Assembly (NCBI GenBank): GCA_030747695.1
Contig: JASLKG010000007.1
Location: 2,261 to 66,260 of the forward strand
Reading direction: 5' to 3'
Source of the DNA: Candidatus Poseidoniaceae archaeon
GTDB lineage: Archaea; Thermoplasmatota; Poseidoniia; Poseidoniales; Poseidoniaceae
DNA length: 64,000 nt
In this document: positions 62,592 to 64,000 of the stretch, piece by piece
Layout: each line of letters opens with the position of its first letter
How positions within the stretch are numbered: the stretch's first letter is position 1
Translations under genes and position numbers: made by a program
Notes under the pieces: model-generated
Database searches by the model: none
What the model was told of the DNA's origin: nothing
What the model saw: only the letters and a program-made list of their open reading frames with translations

Positions 62592-63416
62592 ATGTGGACC
62601 GAAGCGGTCGATTTACATAGCCACTCACATCATAGTGATGGCTTATTTTCTCCAGCGGAAATGGCTAAGCGTGCCTTTCAAAACGGAGTCAAGGTTTGGT
62701 CATTAACAGATCATGATACAATAGCTGGTTGGGATGAAGCAGAAGTTACTTGTAATAAATTAGGCATTAGATTCGTTCCTGGTGTAGAAATAACATGTGA
62801 AGTAGAAATCATTTCTGAGGAAAAAAATCCATCTTCATGGCATTTATTAGCATATTTCCCTGAAGAATGCAATCCTGAATTTGAAAAATGGTTGAACAAC
62901 CAAAAAAATGCACGCATACCACGAATGAAAGCAATGATTGCAGCTCTTAATGAAATGGGAATAAATGTGAAGTTTGATGAAGTAAACCATCATGCTGAAG
63001 GCTCAATAGGTAGGCCACATCTTGCGAGAGTATTGGTTGAGAAAGGAATTGTAACTAGTGTATCTGAAGCATTTGAAACACTGATTGGTGATGAATGTCC
63101 TGCATACCGTTCTAGGCCTTTGCCCAGCATTTCAGAGGCAGCAAAAATCGTACATTCTTGTGGCGGAATAACTTCATTAGCACATCCGAAATATTATGGA
63201 ATATCAATCCAGAAATTAGTTAATTGTTTGATCGAAAATAAGATAGATTGTGTTGAAGCTTTCCACAGTTCACATTCAGAAAAATATCGATATGATTTGA
63301 TTAAGACGGGTCTGCCAGTAACAGTGGGGGGGGACAGTCATGGTACTGAAAACCGCCCCTCGCCGGGAAGAGCTCTGGTGATAATCAAACATCTTCATCC
63401 TCAGTTTCACCCCTAA
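62592..63416 (+). CDS. PHP-domain metal-dependent phosphoesterase (TrpH/YciV-like)
   Basis: VDLHSHSHHSDG, LTDHDT, HLLAYF, SLAHP, VEAFHS and GGDSHG are the PHP His/Asp metal-ligand blocks in canonical order. Confidence 0.8.
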   Translation: MWTEAVDLHSHSHHSDGLFSPAEMAKRAFQNGVKVWSLTDHDTIAGWDEAEVTCNKLGIRFVPGVEITCEVEIISEEKNPSSWHLLAYFPEECNPEFEKWLNNQKNARIPRMKAMIAALNEMGINVKFDEVNHHAEGSIGRPHLARVLVEKGIVTSVSEAFETLIGDECPAYRSRPLPSISEAAKIVHSCGGITSLAHPKYYGISIQKLVNCLIENKIDCVEAFHSSHSEKYRYDLIKTGLPVTVGGDSHGTENRPSPGRALVIIKHLHPQFHP

Positions 63417-64000
63417 TATAATCCCAAATTAATGCCAATTCAAATAGCAATATTATTGGGCAAGCTACCAGGAATAGAGACAAAATATCCGGTGGTGAAA
63501 ATATTGCTGCTAGAACAAATGTAGCAAACCAAATGTGTCTTCGATAAGCGACTATTGTATTTCTTTTCAATATGCCACTACGTATGGCGAGAATAGTTGC
63601 AATAGGTGCTTGAAAACCAATAATACATGCAACACACAAATTGATGATGAAACCGACAAAAGAATTCAATCTCCATTCAGTAGTTAGGCCTGCATCTTGT
63701 GCATCTGTAGCTAAGTAGTCTAATATCATTGGAGTAAGCAATTCCCACGAATACCAAAATCCACCAAATGCTAAAATAATTATGAAAATGAGTGTTATAA
63801 CTGTAGTTTGTCCAGGTCTTGGAATTTTTTGCGAAATGCCACTTTTCCATGCGGCTTCAATCAATAAAGTCAAAATTGCTAAACCAAATCCTAACCAGGC
63901 TCCTGCTCTAAATTGTATCATGATAAATTCAATGGGAGACATGACGATTATGCTGACGTCTTCTGGAAGTAAATCATATCCTAGTAGCCAATCTACGAAT
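63385..64000 (-). CDS. tatC: Sec-independent protein translocase TatC (5' end beyond window end)
   Basis: AIFSPPDILSLFLVACPIILLFELALIW (TatC P-P-D..E motif region) and six hydrophobic segments. The frame stays open upstream of the tracked Met (63942) to position 64000 (..LLPEDVSIIVMSPIEF..), so the gene is truncated by the window. Confidence 0.75.
   Translation of the reverse strand, partial: FVDWLLGYDLLPEDVSIIVMSPIEFIMIQFRAGAWLGFGLAILTLLIEAAWKSGISQKIPRPGQTTVITLIFIIILAFGGFWYSWELLTPMILDYLATDAQDAGLTTEWRLNSFVGFIINLCVACIIGFQAPIATILAIRSGILKRNTIVAYRRHIWFATFVLAAIFSPPDILSLFLVACPIILLFELALIWDYIRGETEDEDV

Overview
AT-rich, very gene-dense chromosomal segment that I read as archaeal. The archaeal markers are TFB, ribosomal protein L40e, membrane-bound LonB, archaeal-type AspRS and PheRS-alpha, TrmI, a UPF0147 protein, TATA boxes about 25-30 nt upstream of start codons, and GGTG-type SD motifs inside operons. 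Bacterial-type genes sit among them (GHPDK-type MetK, FolD, PanB, AspC-like aminotransferase, MFS, AI-2E). This mix, plus the load of giant surface proteins, suggests a planktonic Thermoplasmatota / Marine Group II-like archaeon. That taxonomic call is inference only.

Six ORFs encoding predicted secreted or membrane-anchored proteins take up roughly 45 percent of the window. They are 4302, 1125, 1148, 351, 1695 and 942 aa long. Their domains include RCC1-like propeller repeats, thrombospondin-type-3-like Ca-binding repeats, cadherin/He_PIG-like Ig repeats, PKD, CARDB/NEW3-like domains and duplicated MAM-like jelly-rolls.

Main points worth a second look:
- The 942-aa two-pass membrane protein (53259-56087) has ordered motifs that resemble the eukaryotic CD36/LIMP-2 family. 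It lies tail-to-tail with an RND/MMPL-type transporter.
- Four giant type-I anchored proteins each end in a different small cytoplasmic module: coiled coil plus NuoE-C-terminal-like helix-hairpin-helix, a zinc ribbon, or Pro-rich plus Trp/Tyr-rich WW-like termini.
- An 18-copy 15-bp tandem repeat encodes a (GGNNT)n sequon array.
- Eight minus-strand genes from aspS to panB are translationally coupled and have no obvious pathway.
- Small GC-rich hairpins sit immediately upstream of start codons.
- An rpl40e gene and a truncated LigB-family subunit are absent from the ORF track.

Two tRNAs were found by hand folding: Ala-UGC and Thr-UGU. I saw no CRISPR array, rRNA or recognisable mobile element. 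The supplied ORF track uses ATG/GTG/TTG and the longest ORF, so several 5' ends are probably over-extended; alternatives are given in the evidence fields.
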